A DNA stretch of 62,807 nt, filler included, from Dimargaris cristalligena (GCA_003614675.1; 18 parts of 18 records of this genome joined end to end with filler, not necessarily neighbours in it), one strand, 5' to 3'; counted from the first letter of the whole stretch, positions 50,222 to 62,686 are shown. Translations and numbers: made by a program. Notes: a model not told the origin generated them from the letters alone.

Positions 50222-51618
50222 TCATTCTTCATAAATAGGGAGTGTGAAAGTCAATTGGGTTTCGATGGCATCCAAAATTGCTTCCTGGCTCTCCTCAATC
50301 GTGAGGTTTAAGAAACGGCTGGCTTGGGGGTATTCATTGAAAAAATAGCCCGAGTTAAAGCTTGACGCCATTTCTTCCAAGATTTGGATTCGGCTTGCTT
50401 CGCTGGCTGCCCCAGCTTCGAGCTGACACCACGTATACAGACGGGGATGGAGGCTTCGTAAACTTGGGGTTAAATGGCTTGGGTCAGCTACCCTATCCAT
50501 GAAAGTCCGGGCGGAGGCGGGTAGGTTGAACCAAAAAGCCCACATGGCCGTAGCGAAAGTCTCCAAAGGCGTTAAATGATTCAACCAACCTACATCAGCC
50601 AGGCGCCCCAGGGAAGCATTGTCCCCCCTAATCGCCAGCACTTTAACCGACCCATTCAACTGGGCTTGCCAGGCCAGTGCGAACCAACGACGTTGCTGGG
50701 AGGCGGAAGGCACGTCGGCTGCGGCTGCGGCTGGACTAATAGGTAGATCCGCTACTTGGTTGATATAATCGGAGAAAAGCGATAGGTACGATGCCATATT
50801 GGGGCGACCCAAGCGTAAGAGTCCAGGCAAAACGCTGTGCTTAAGGGTAGTCGTGGCTACGGCTTTCCCCCCCTCCAACGTTCCCGGATTATACGATATT
50901 TCATTTCCGAAAAGGTAGTCGTAGATTAATAGTTTGGTCTTCAACGGGGGAGATTGATAGTGAAACTAAAAAAGTCCCCCGAATACTCGCTGATTAGCCC
51001 GGGCTGACGAACGCTATCCCAGAAATGAGTTTGCATCTATTGGGATCATGGATGTAAAAGTTAAGAAGACGCGTACATTGGAGACCTGGGGAAGGTTAGA
51101 ATGGCTGGATAACACTAGTGAAAGCTATATATGTAATTGTGTCCGACACCAACTGTACTTTAGATTTATATATATATATGTATATCGGGAGCTAGGCAAC
51201 TACAGGGGGGGAGGGGGGCTTTACTTACCGTTTCGGTGATGACATCGGCATCTCGAATTTCATCTAATACATCACCTATCGGACCTTCGGGCGGTTCCCC
51301 CCGGGCCTCTCAGATTGCCTGTTGGATATAGAGGGCGAAGATAGCCTGATCTTGTAAGAACTGAAAGGCCGGCGTATTACCATTGCCGTCGGCTGGGTGA
51401 ATGTTAGGTCCGGCCCCCCCAGGTTGCCGTCTATATTCAGCGTCGGCTTCCCCAGTTAGTTGGATATTCCCGAAATTATCAATGTTGTAGGGTTGGGGCT
51501 TATCAATGGGGAGAAGAAGAGGCATATTCGTTTGGTCCGGCACCGGGGAGCCCAGTAGGGTCGGGGCCAGCGAGCCGATGGCCGGGAGCGCAAGCAGAAA
51601 GTAGGTCAACTTAAACAT
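50222..51618 (-). pseudogene. Secreted orphan protein, family B copy 2; nonsense codon in exon 1 and frameshift in exon 2
   Basis: Same signal peptide as copy 1. Exon 1 (51618-51229) has an in-frame TGA at 51312-51310; intron 51228-51037. Exon 2 starts MQTHFWDSVRQPGL, then shifts frame before 50944. Shared motifs AWQAQLNGSxKV, MWAFWFN, FFNExPQASRFLN. Confidence 0.8.
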
Positions 51619-52450
51619 GGCTTAGTAATTTTACCTTGGAATGGCTGGATTAGATTTAATGAGGAGGGGGGGGGAAGAGTGAGGGGGGTAGAATAAAGAG
51701 CAAAATCCGGAGAGAATGAGGGATATGAATGGAGATGATATGGGTGGGTCACAGCTACGCTTTTATACTAACAGGGGATGTCCAGTTTATTTGAGGTTGC
51801 TTGGATTTTTAGTGCTCGTCGAGAAGAGTGACCTAGGATGCTCTTCACCAAATTGACCAATACTCTCCATTCACGCACTATATTGTCCACTGCTATTTCG
51901 CAAGTATGCCCCGACCCGGTTAGTAGTATGTGGCTACACAAGCAGAATATTCTTTGGATGTTGTCCATATTAGCGTATAGCACTGTATCCGCCGGATAAA
52001 GACACATTATTTAATTTAAATTGGTACCACCACCACCACCACATCGTAAGGGCCTTCAGGCGGCGGCCACATCACCTGCCAACGCTATTCAACCCCCGTC
52101 GGGATATCTACGTTCCGCCGGACCTTCGAAAGAGACCCCCGTTAGGTTTTTTTCTGGAATTCAAGTCCTCGCAGCATATTCCTATTATACAGTATTCCTT
52201 TTTAACCTTGGAGGATATCCCCGTCCATGGGTCAAGGGTACTTTCTCCTATAGCTATGGGCCAATTTTGGTTAAACAAGGGTGACCCGGATCCGACTTTA
52301 TACAGCCTACCATAGAGATGAGGGAGGGGTGTCCCGTATACGTGAGTGGGNNNNNNNNNNNNNNNNNNNNNNNNNNNNNNNNNNNNNNNNNNNNTTAATT
52401 AATTAANNNNNNNNNNNNNNNNNNNNNNNNNNNNNNNNNNNNNNNNNNNN

Positions 52451-52794
52451 CGGGTCATATCCTCAGGGTAAAAGTTGGCCCCGGCGGGGTTATGTTCGGG
52501 TACGCCGGCAATGAAGGGCTCATGGTCACTAGTACGGTCCCACGGGCCCCGGTTCAGGTCGAAGCAGAGGTAGCGGCCGGCGTCCTCGTCGGATTGGCCG
52601 GCCTTGGCCTGCAGTTCCGTGCGGAGGGCCTCGTTACCACTCCAGGCCTGGCGGAAGTACAGGGTGTCGATCAGCCGACTGGCCTGGATGAGGTGGTCCA
52701 GGGCCTGGTGATCGTCCTGGTGGAGCTGGTCTAGGTTCTCGCCGAGCTCGGCGGGTTCGAAACGGTCATTGCGCTCCTTGATGGTCAGCGGCAT
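52451..52794 (-). CDS. Peptidase M49 / dipeptidyl-peptidase III-like protein (type of the plant Nudix hydrolase 3 DPP III domain and bacterial homologues), 3' truncated
   Basis: ALDHLIQASRLIDTLYFRQAWSGNEALR and FDLNRGPWDRTSDHEPF...PAGANFYPEDMT. The frame is open upstream to an ATG at 53064. Confidence 0.8.
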
Positions 52795-53734
52795 GGTAGG
52801 GCGGTGAGAGAGGTGGAGGTGCTGGTGCTGGTGACAGCGGTTAGCAGGCGGTGGTAAATGTAATAAGATAGTTGAGGGGGTAATGGAATAGGTGCGGCGG
52901 GTAATAGGAATGGAAGGGGTAGTAGTCTGGGCAGAATAGGGAAGGGGGTGGTGAGCAACATATATAAGGGCCTGAGTGCTTAACGAAGAAGCCCAGTCAC
53001 GGCAACCGCTCGGTGGGAAAGACCCACGGGACCAGGGGAGCCGTAACGCAGACCGTGTGAGCATTTTGCGGGGTTACTAGGGGTTTATAATGGCGTCAGT
53101 GACGACTATCGAGGGTAGGTTTGATTACGAGCAAGTAGCAGGGGAAAAGCCCTATTGATTTTAAGCAGGCTTATCACAGTATGGTATAGTAATGCTAATA
53201 GGAATAGTAATCATATACAAACAAACAAGCCTCGCTGGAGGATTGGTCGGATAGTTCGCCCTGGGCGTACGTTGGCCGAATCCATCCCGAGGATATCCTG
53301 TCCACGCAACTGGACATGGTAAAATCGGCCCAGGCTATTCGTTCCCTAGCCAAGTGGCCGGGCCAACCACAGCTAAAATAAATAGTAGTGACCCTGGCCA
53401 AGCCGCCCTATTGTCCGCTGCCATGGCCAGACAAACCAAACGAGGGAAAGAGTGAGATAATGAGTGAGAGTAATGGAGGGAGGGAGCCACTACAATAGCC
53501 ATCGAGCTCCCTCTTCTCCTCCCCCTGCACCCTCTCGAATTCTATACTTTAGCTGGTCTCAGCGGCTGCTTTAGCCTAAGCTCTCTCCACCTTCCTCTAA
53601 TATTATTGCACTTGAACTCTACTTTCCTTTATTCCCCATCTTCCTGCCATTGCGCTTTTTTATTTGCAACCCATTCCTAAGTTCCTGCCACATTTCTTTT
53701 TATTGTTTAGCTTCCTAACCACGCCATTCAACCC

Positions 53735-54781
53735 ATGGACGATTTCCGTCGCTACCGTAATCAGTCCTCCCAGGCCCAGCCTACTGGGTCCAACCCCTGG
53801 GCCCCTCGCCCGGGCGCCCCGTCCCCTAACCAGTATGGTGGCAACCACTCCCAGAATGCCGCCGTCCCCTACAACAGCATCAGTAGCAGCGGCCCAGCCT
53901 CATCCTACGACTCCCCTCACTCGGAGTCGTCGTCCATGTACGGCGGGTCCACCCTGAATGATGACGAGCGGGAATACAACTACGCCCGCTCCCAAGTTCG
54001 CGACCTGCGACAGGATACCCTGGCCTCGTCCCAGAATGCCCTTAAAACCCTCCGCCAGACCGAAGAAGTGGGGGCTGCCGCCCTCAACACCATCGGCAAC
54101 CAGACCATGCAGCTGAGTGCGACCGACCGCCAGCTCAACATCGCCGGCCTCCAGACCGACGTTTCTCTGGATAAGACCGCCAAGCTCAAGCAGCTCAACC
54201 GGCCCTTCTGGGCCCCGGCGTTTTCGAATCCCTTCGGGCGCACCAAGAAGCGGGAGGCGGAATTGGAGCGGGCCAAGGCGAAGCACCAGGATATTGTGGA
54301 CGGCAACGCCGAACTGGCCCGCCGGGACGTGCACGACCGACAGCGCCTCCTGAATATCGGCTGGACCGCCGAGCCCGAGGTGGACGACAAGAAAAACAAG
54401 AAGGGCAAGAAGGGCAAGGACAAGAACGGCGGGCCCTCCCCCCATCCCAGCGCCACCTCCGCCTCGGGGTCGGCCTGGGAATCGCCCAACCCCAATAGTC
54501 GTTTCAGCCGCCCCCCGCCGGGCATGAGCGCCGCCGAGCGCCAGCGGTACATGCTCAAGGGCGATAATGGCGAATACGACGAGGAGGAGTCTCGGATGGA
54601 GGACGAGATCCACAACAACACCAACGAAATGCTCAGTGCGGTCAGCAACCTAAAGAACATGGGCCTGAACATGCGCTCCGAATTGACGCTGCAGAACCAG
54701 CGACTGGGAAGTATGGCCGAGCAGAGCGACAAGGTTTCGGGCAAGATTTTCACCAGCCAGTACCGTGTGGACAAGATGTAG
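53735..54781 (+). CDS. SEC9: Sec9 / SNAP-25 family Qbc t-SNARE, 348 aa
   Basis: Two SNARE helices (QDTLASSQNALKTLRQTEEVG...LKQLNRPFWAPAFSNPF and MEDEIHNNTNEM...LKNMGLNMRSELTLQNQRL); strong GC3 codon bias. Confidence 0.93.
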   Translation: MDDFRRYRNQSSQAQPTGSNPWAPRPGAPSPNQYGGNHSQNAAVPYNSISSSGPASSYDSPHSESSSMYGGSTLNDDEREYNYARSQVRDLRQDTLASSQNALKTLRQTEEVGAAALNTIGNQTMQLSATDRQLNIAGLQTDVSLDKTAKLKQLNRPFWAPAFSNPFGRTKKREAELERAKAKHQDIVDGNAELARRDVHDRQRLLNIGWTAEPEVDDKKNKKGKKGKDKNGGPSPHPSATSASGSAWESPNPNSRFSRPPPGMSAAERQRYMLKGDNGEYDEEESRMEDEIHNNTNEMLSAVSNLKNMGLNMRSELTLQNQRLGSMAEQSDKVSGKIFTSQYRVDKM

Positions 54782-55971
54782 ACCTTCTGCCCCCAGAATC
54801 TCAGCTGTAGTATCGTATGGTGCGGTTGCTTTCTTCTCTCTTTTTTACCTCTTCATCAATGCCCCCGAATATCCCAAACTTACCCTTCGTTTTTTTGGAA
54901 TCTCTCTGCTCAGATATCGCTCCGGATCTTGTACCATCCACACCCCCTCACTAGTTTAGGTAATGCCAGCGAATATTCTCTTCGAGTTTGGCATCAGTGG
55001 CTTAGTTTGTTTCTCCCCATTTACTTTTCGGTTGATTTGTTGCACCGAGACTTTGTATTTCTTTAATTTAGCTTGGTCTGTACTTTTTTTTAAAAAAAGA
55101 ACTCTAGCCAGCCGTTTAGGTCCGTACGAAATAAATGGGACCTACCGTGCCATTTGTCCATTGGCAATGTTATTTTACAATAAACCCGATCTGTGTTACA
55201 TTTGCTTTCGATTTCCGACGGCCTTGGCTATAGGTCAGTGGGTGGATGCTGTGCGAGGTAGGCGTGCCTCTCAATTCAGGTTGTTCGTTTTATAGAGAAT
55301 AGCCCCCCCTAGTAACACCTCTCTCCGCATCTAATAAATAATGCCACCTCTGTCAGGCCAACGGGCATTCTGCCTACTACCACAGCATATAGTGTGGCTT
55401 CCGTTGTCCAGCTGCATATAGGCTGTATGCGAGGGAAACCATTGGCGGAAAACCACATGCCTATTATTATCATTGTTACTATTAACACCAAGAAAACTCG
55501 CCAACTAAATTTTCTGCCAACAGTCCACCGAAGAGACTGTCTGATTCCCTCTCCCTGTTTACTAATTGTCCGTATTACTGTTTACGCTTCTTTGTAGTTT
55601 CTGAATCGCCTATTCCTCACCAGACGGCCCCCTCCCCGACTTTATACTGCTAGAACCTCGGACCACATACCCCTCCCTAAACTATATGCCCATTCCCCGC
55701 CCACCTGTTTGGCTGCGGCAACTCTTTTAACCTCCTAAGCTCTGCCTACTTTACTTTAGCACCCTGCCGCTCCCATTTACTTTTCAACAGGTCAACCTCT
55801 AATTACCCTTGCTTTACCACTCCTACCGCAGAGGGGGCTNNNNNNNNNNNNNNNNNNNNNNNNNNNNNNNNNNNNNNNNNNNNTTAATTAATTAANNNNN
55901 NNNNNNNNNNNNNNNNNNNNNNNNNNNNNNNNNNNNNNNGCCCCCCCCCCCCCCCCCCCCCAAAAAAAAAG

Positions 55972-57580
55972 GAATACAACACCACCGGGAGACGTCCCAG
56001 TCCCAAACCGATTTTATTCCAGTCATTGCGGAAGAACTGGCTAACGAGGCCTGGGTTCTGTGCTTCGACGAATTTCAGGTAGGTTATGGAGAAATCGGCT
56101 GTAATGGACTAGGTTCCAACCTACCGAGACTATTGGTCACTATATACACCACATTTAATAATATTGCCATTACTTGATTCATTGTACCCTTTGGAATGTA
56201 TTGGACTTTACCATTTCGTCGGTCCACTAGGTGACTGATATCGCCGATGCCATGATCTTGCGCCGTCTGATCACTGGTCTAGTTGACCGCGGAGTCGTCA
56301 TCATTACTACGTCCAACCGGCATCCCGATGGTAAGTTAGAGGTCTACCATTATTCATTATATGGGAGAAGTTCATTCAGGCTGTATAATGAAAAATCCAC
56401 TGGATGCGGCCAATATTACTGGTTAAAAGCTATTCTCACATATATTCGCCCATACACGTATATTGTAAAACCTTATACAGCTGGTTTGAATTTTACCCAT
56501 ATCCTTATGGCAATTGTACTAAAGTTAGCAGACTATTTTTAGTAAATATCCAAGATACATCTACATCTAGGCTTAACCATTCGCACCGCGTTATATCTAC
56601 TAATATATCATCTACAAAATGTCTATTCCCCCCCCCAGATCTCTATAAGAATGGCCTCCAACGCCAGAGCTTTCTACCGTGTATCGAGTTGATCAAATCC
56701 CATTGCCGCGTCGTATCCCTCAACTCAGGTACCGACTACCGCAAACTCGAGCGGGAGCGTGGGGAGCTCTACCTCAGCCCCTTGAGTGAAGCTACCCAAG
56801 GTCGCCTGGAGGCCCTATGGATCCTAGTTCGGGCGGGCCAACCCAACCAAGTTCAGACCCTCCATTTTCTGGGTCGGGATCTAGTCATTCCCCAAGTAGC
56901 CAATGGTGCGGCCCAGTTCTCTTTCTACGACTTATGCGCCCAGGCCCACAGTGCCGTGGACTATTTGCAAATCGCGCGGCGCTTCCACACCGTTTTCCTC
57001 ACGGATGTTCCCCGCATGAATTTCACCCATAAAAACGAGGTGCGGCGACTGATTACCCTGATCGATACCCTCTACGAAAACCATGTGGTCTTGGTCATGT
57101 CGGCCGAAGCCCCGGCTGCTCAACTGTTTCACACGGCCGATGAAGTGGAAAACACCAATACAGCAGCTACGGGGTCGGCTGTTAATGCTGAGCAGCGTCA
57201 ATTAATGGATGACCTTGGACTCAGTTCAACCCAGGTACGTATTTTTTTAGTTTATTATATTTTAAATAATTCCTTTCTGATGTACCTTGTTCTGTATGGA
57301 TTCCCTGTTAATACGACTCCTTTCTGATTGGGGTCATAATATTCAATGTATCTCAACGAAGTAACTAACTATTATATTGCTATCCCCTTCTTCAAACCGG
57401 TGTTTATATGTTACCTGTCAACCGCAGTTGGACAGCCCCATTTTCTCGGGTGAAGAAGAAATTTTCGCATTCCAGCGTGCCGTCAGCCGTCTGGTTGAAA
57501 TGCAGAGTAAACTTTGGGTCTATGGAGCTCGTCAGCGGTTACCCGCTGCCTTTGTCGATCACCAACTCAATTTCTCCTAG
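55972..57580 (+). CDS. AFG1: AFG1/ZapE (LACE1) family ATPase, 5' truncated, 4 exons visible
   Basis: Exons ~55972-56078, 56231-56330, 56639-57234 and 57428-57580, with phase-compatible GT-AG introns. Motifs [18 protein letters not shown] (Walker B), [44 protein letters not shown]. Confidence 0.95.
56359..56502 (+). mobile_element. ~145-bp MITE inside an AFG1 intron
   Basis: Imperfect ~30-bp terminal inverted repeats (ATATGGGAGAAGTTCATTCAGGCTGTATAA / TTATACAGCTGGTTTGAATTTTACCCATAT); five copies in the window. Confidence 0.8.
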
Positions 57581-57899
57581 TCTGTATAGAAAGGGGGAAC
57601 TCCGTTAATTTGATGGTAATGAAAGGGCCTATCCCCAGTATCAGTCTAGTACTCCTTCCCCCGTTTGCTGTAATCGGGGATGCCGGATAAACTGATCAGT
57701 GGTTATTTTTATGTTTTATAGCACTTTATGTCTAAATTTGTTGTTTTTTTTATCAGGGCCCACTGTCCTTCGTGTCTTTTAGTTACCGTGTTTATATTTA
57801 GCAAGTGTCTAAAGCTACCCCACCGGGGTATATGTGCACTCATGTTGCTCAATAATGATCGCCACTACCACACACTGCCAGGAAATGTGATTCTATATC

Positions 57900-59325
57900 T
57901 GCTGGTGGATTCAGGTGGACACATTGAGTAATGGTATTTGCCTCCAACTCAGAAATGGCATATTAAAGGTCAACCCTCAATTATTAAATAATTAATTAAA
58001 TCTCATGCCAGCATTTCCCATTTTATTTATAAATGAGATGCCCTTACATGGCTGTGCCATGGCTTAGTTCATCCTGTCATTTTGGAGGCTTGGTGATTCA
58101 TTGTCTAAGAACCAATTAAATTAAGTTATGTGATGCCCCTCTTTGCAGTACTGAGCATCACAAGGTCCACCTGTAAGGAATCTGCAGTGGATTTGAGGGC
58201 CTTGCTCCTCCCCTTACCTGATCTTATTCTCTATAATGGAGCCATATTTTGGATCCATTACACTGTTGGGACATGCTATATTCCATTATTCCATTAGTCA
58301 CTGTCATTCCCAAAGTGGGCTTCTGGACAAAAATAAGAACTGAGTTCTATCTTGAGTTTTTGTATAGAGCTATCACTGGTGGTATATTTTACATTAGTAA
58401 TACACTAATTCTGCACCTAGTGTTGTGCCAGCAGTTTGAGGGGCTCCACTTTCTTGTCACTTGGTGTGTCAGTGGGTAGAAGGGTCTCCATTTTGCTATC
58501 ATTAGATGGGTTATCATATTCAGTAGTGTAGTGCATAGTGCTGGGCTTTGTCAGGTTTGAGGGGCTGGAGGCATAAGTTCCTTTAGGGAAGTTACCAATG
58601 GGTGTGTCTGCCATTGTATCATATATTATTATTTTGCATATTATCATGTCATCAGATAGGTATTAAAAAGATATAAAGAATTCAGTACTGGAGATACCAA
58701 AATCAAACTGAAAAATAGAAAATAAAAGAAATAGAAAGAAAGTAATAAAATCAAATAAAACTAGGTATTGAGCTATTTGATCCTTCTTAATCTAGATACC
58801 TTAGTGTCTATCCCTATTAGGCTTTATAACACCATATTAACCTTCCCATGGTTACCCCCAATAATATGGAATCACCCTCTATTATATAACTATTCCCCTT
58901 CCAGACTCCTTAGTTTGTACTAATCACTCCAGTGCTGATCCAAAGACTCTTCTGGCTACCAGCAGAGTCTTCCAAGTCCTCATAGCCATCTGGATGGCCT
59001 ATTTATTTTACCATAGTCTTAGTAGTATCCTTCTCTGGGGACCTCCCCCCAGAGTTGCCCCTACATATATAACTGGGCCCCATTAGGACTAGTTCAATTC
59101 CTTAGCTTATTCTAACCCCCTAGTTTATCTTAATAAACCATATATATACTCACCCCCCTTGTATTGACTAGTAAGTATGCTCACTACATGTCCCTTACTT
59201 ATACCTATATCTAGTATAAAGAACTGAACTCAAATCCTTGAAAACTGAACTTTATTTAAAAAGATAGATAATAAAAGGGAAAGGTGATGATAGACTTGCT
59301 GTTCCAAGAGGTGGCAGCAAGGGGT
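57900..59325. mobile_element. Degenerate repeat/transposon remnant region
   Basis: Essentially CpG-free, with a stop-riddled minus-strand frame (58647 downward); 59015-59325 is shared with 10580-10945. Confidence 0.55.
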
Positions 59326-59676
59326 NNNNNNNNNNNNNNNNNNNNNNNNNNNNNNNNNNNNNNNNNNNNTTAATTAATTAANNNNNNNNNNNNNNNNNNN
59401 NNNNNNNNNNNNNNNNNNNNNNNNNCCCCCCTTTATCTTTATTATAAGGCATATGTAAGGGATAAATTATATCAGTGTCCCCAATTCTTATTCAATGGTG
59501 GGCCGTGGTTAAACACGGCCTCGACTTATACCGGCTGGGCTAGATGGGGTTTCCTCCCCAGCCATGTCTCTCCAGCGGCTGTTACCCATCTATATATAAA
59601 CTGCCCATTCCTCCCCTTGTATTCATTCCACCACACCTCACCTTCCTACTCCTCCATTGAATTTCAGCAGTTAAGA

Positions 59677-61088
59677 ATGAAGCAGTACTGTGTTTCTGTT
59701 ACTTTTCTGGGACTCGCCCTGGCCCACAGTGCCACTGGCCGCCCCCAGTATGGGAGTTATGGTTATTCCACTACCCAAGCTACTTTTCTTTACCCTCCCG
59801 CTATCCCTCCCCGGTCTTCGGGTTATAGATATTCCGTTGACCAAACTACCTACTTCCAAAAAACTGCTGAAAGCCGCCAACCCAGCCAGGGGGATTATGC
59901 CAGCCAATCAAATAATGCTGGCACAAAAACTCTTCCCAGTGAGAAAGACAAACAAGTCAGTTTAATCAGTTTCACCCCAAATAATACTCCACTCACCCTG
60001 TTATTTGGCTGGCCATCACCTATGCTGGTTCCTTTAGTTTGCTAATACGCGTTTGAACTATCCGCGCGTAGTTAGAACACTGGTGTATTCGCTCCATATC
60101 CATAGTCATCCACTAGCTCCCATTTTGTAATCACGGTGTTTCGTTGACGTATATCTATTCCCGCATTTCCTACTATTGAAAGGATTTGGCAATGGTGAAG
60201 GGTGTAATATCTAGTGATCTAGCGCCCCATATATATAGCCTGCAAGTCCTCTTTCCGATGCAGCCGATGGATGCACTCATGGCCTCCGCCTGGCATTTAA
60301 GTCCAAGTTATAATAACATTGCGCCAGAATGGGAGTTGCTGAACTATACCCAGATGGACGACAATCAGAAGCGTACCCTCTTCCCATTGCTGTACTACTT
60401 ACCGAAGCTACCCGCGGCCGAGATTGACCAACTATTTCAGAGAGTGACGAGCGAGTCTTTAAAGAAAATATCAGGTGAAAAAATTGAGCAGTACCAAGCT
60501 GAGAAGTACCCAGACGAAAAGGGGATCAAAGTCTTTGGTGGTTTTCTCGAACATGCATAGGATCTCGACTCCAGAAATAATGTCGTGGAACAAATGTTGG
60601 TCAGTGTCAGTGCGGTCCTTGCCACTACCGATCAATGCCAAACACTGAAAGATGTAATTATACGGTATAATAAACACAGAGGGTCGTATCGAAAGACATT
60701 AAGTGCATACGCGACTTTATTGCTTTGGGAATATGACAGATCCTGGACCGGTCGAGACGATGGTTTTGCCCATTGGTTTGACTACGATGGTCGTTATGCC
60801 GGTGCACTGGGATTCAGCACTGCCCAGCGAAAGTGCGTAGAGTTTACAAAGGGCAAAGAGAGTGTAACGAGCGACAATGACCTCTATAAATTGACAGCCC
60901 GTGGAACTATGTACCCGCACCGCGACAACATCGGCAAGCCCACCTTGGCCATCCGAGTCCACCGTTCGACTGCCGAGAAATTACTCGTAGCCAAGGGACA
61001 AAATCCGGTCAAGCCTTATTTCTTACGTCGCGATATTCTCATGAAGCAGCTCAATGTGGTGCAATGTCGGGAGGATATCCTGCAGTAG
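59677..61088 (+). pseudogene. Secreted family A paralog without F-box; single in-frame TAG
   Basis: Exon 1 (59677-59955) starts MKQYCVSVTFLGLALAHSATG-RPQ; intron 59956-60182; exon 2 is 60183-61088. TAG at 60558-60560 aligns with Trp in the paralog (PKAW vs EHA*). Shared LFPxQPxDALMA, QMLVSxSAVxATT, LAIRVHRSTAEKLL. Confidence 0.85.
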
Positions 61089-62686
61089 TGAGTAATTCGT
61101 CAGTAATAATTGTTCCGGCTCTCAACTGCCTTTGGAATACGATTTTTTGGGATACTTTCACAGTACCTGGTTCATATTATTATTTGCTTTCGCCCCTAGT
61201 TTGGTCCTATGGGCAACACTATGACCCGCCCATTCCTCGTTTCTATACGAAGATACTTTCTTTGTTTTTTTTTGTGTATATTTTACTTTCATTACTGTCT
61301 TTTTTATATAAATACCCGAATTAGGGTTTGTCAGGTTTTTGAGGGGGCCATTCACAGACCATGTTAAATGGGTGACTTATCAGTTACGGGGTCAGGGTCA
61401 ATATTATGTGGGGATGCTGCATTTCCTGCGTATTTATCATGCTGTTCCGAATAATCGGGCACAGCTCTAGTTGTTATAGATTGACTTATTTATTCAGTTG
61501 ATGCGCACATGGGGCTACAGGGATTTCTCCGATTATATTATTTTGGAGTTTTCAACGATGAGCGCGATAGTCGGTTTAAAACATTGGCCACATACATAGT
61601 TTATTGCAGCCTTATATAAGAAGCCTATGCGCCCATTCTCTTTGTAAAATATAATCTTTGTTTTTTTGCAGTACACGCGGTTGACTGGCCAACTAATAAA
61701 CCATTCTCGTCACCAGTCCAGTCTGTAACAACAATTGGCCGACCTAGGCTCCGTTAGCATGGAAATGCAGTTTAGGCAAACAACCAGTGGATATGGTCAG
61801 GCCAGGTCAGTATATCATGCTCTGCAATGCCCGACCGATTCTCAGGCTAGTCCAAAGGTGTTTCCAATTAGTATGTATCTCATTAAGCCGGTCTTCTCAA
61901 GTAAATATTATAGGATCCAACCTCCATGGTTCAAATTTCACTTCTGTTTCATACCATATCCACCTCCCAGTATCGCTTCTCAATCCACATCAGTGCCCCT
62001 TGATGAACCAGTAATCCTCCCAAATGCCCGGATGGAGGTTCGTGACTACTTGGCTATGTCGAGTGTTTACTAACTACGCTAGACTATCAAGATCCGCTCA
62101 AGTATTTAACCTGTTTGAATCAAAATTAACTCCAGGCGAATATAACCGTTCGACCACTACTGGGTATTCAGTTACAACTGAACATATCAAATTATAAAAA
62201 GAGACCCTCGGTTGATTGAAAGGCGGGGCCTGAAAGCTACGGATATACCATCTAGATATTTCTATGTAGAGGGCTGACTTAATGTGGGTAGTTTGTTGCC
62301 CTATTTACCCTCCCCATTGACTACACTGGCTCTAACACCACATCTCCAAACCAATGCGCGACTGCCTCCAATAGCCACCCCAATGGAATTCACCAATTAA
62401 GACCAAGCAAACCATGTCATATGTGGCCGATTGGAAGATTTGTTGTGTTTCATCAACCGATTTAAATGGCTACTGAAGTACGTACGGTGATGCCTGGATG
62501 CATAGGAAATGGGAAATACATATAGGTTTCGGATCCCGCCCTTCTACTAGCAATCGCTCGGTTATCTCGAATGCCCTCTCATGGGTTGCGATCCTGGTTA
62601 TCTTTTCAATACATTCCTGTTGTTTGTTAGATTTCCCAATCCATGGCTAATTAGTCGGATTTCTGACTAACGTAATCTATTTTTTA

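Noticed and set aside
53900..54774. Long antisense ORFs (237 and 264 aa) over SEC9, and similar ones over ROM2 and the chitinase
   Set aside because: Shadow ORFs produced by GC-rich codon bias on the coding strand.
55941..55970. Poly-C/poly-A run as a functional element
   Set aside because: A homopolymer at a contig edge within an intron; its length is unreliable.
56404..56638. N-terminal extension of the 307-aa ORF
   Set aside because: Intron and MITE sequence read through in frame; AFG1 homology resumes at the acceptor at 56638.
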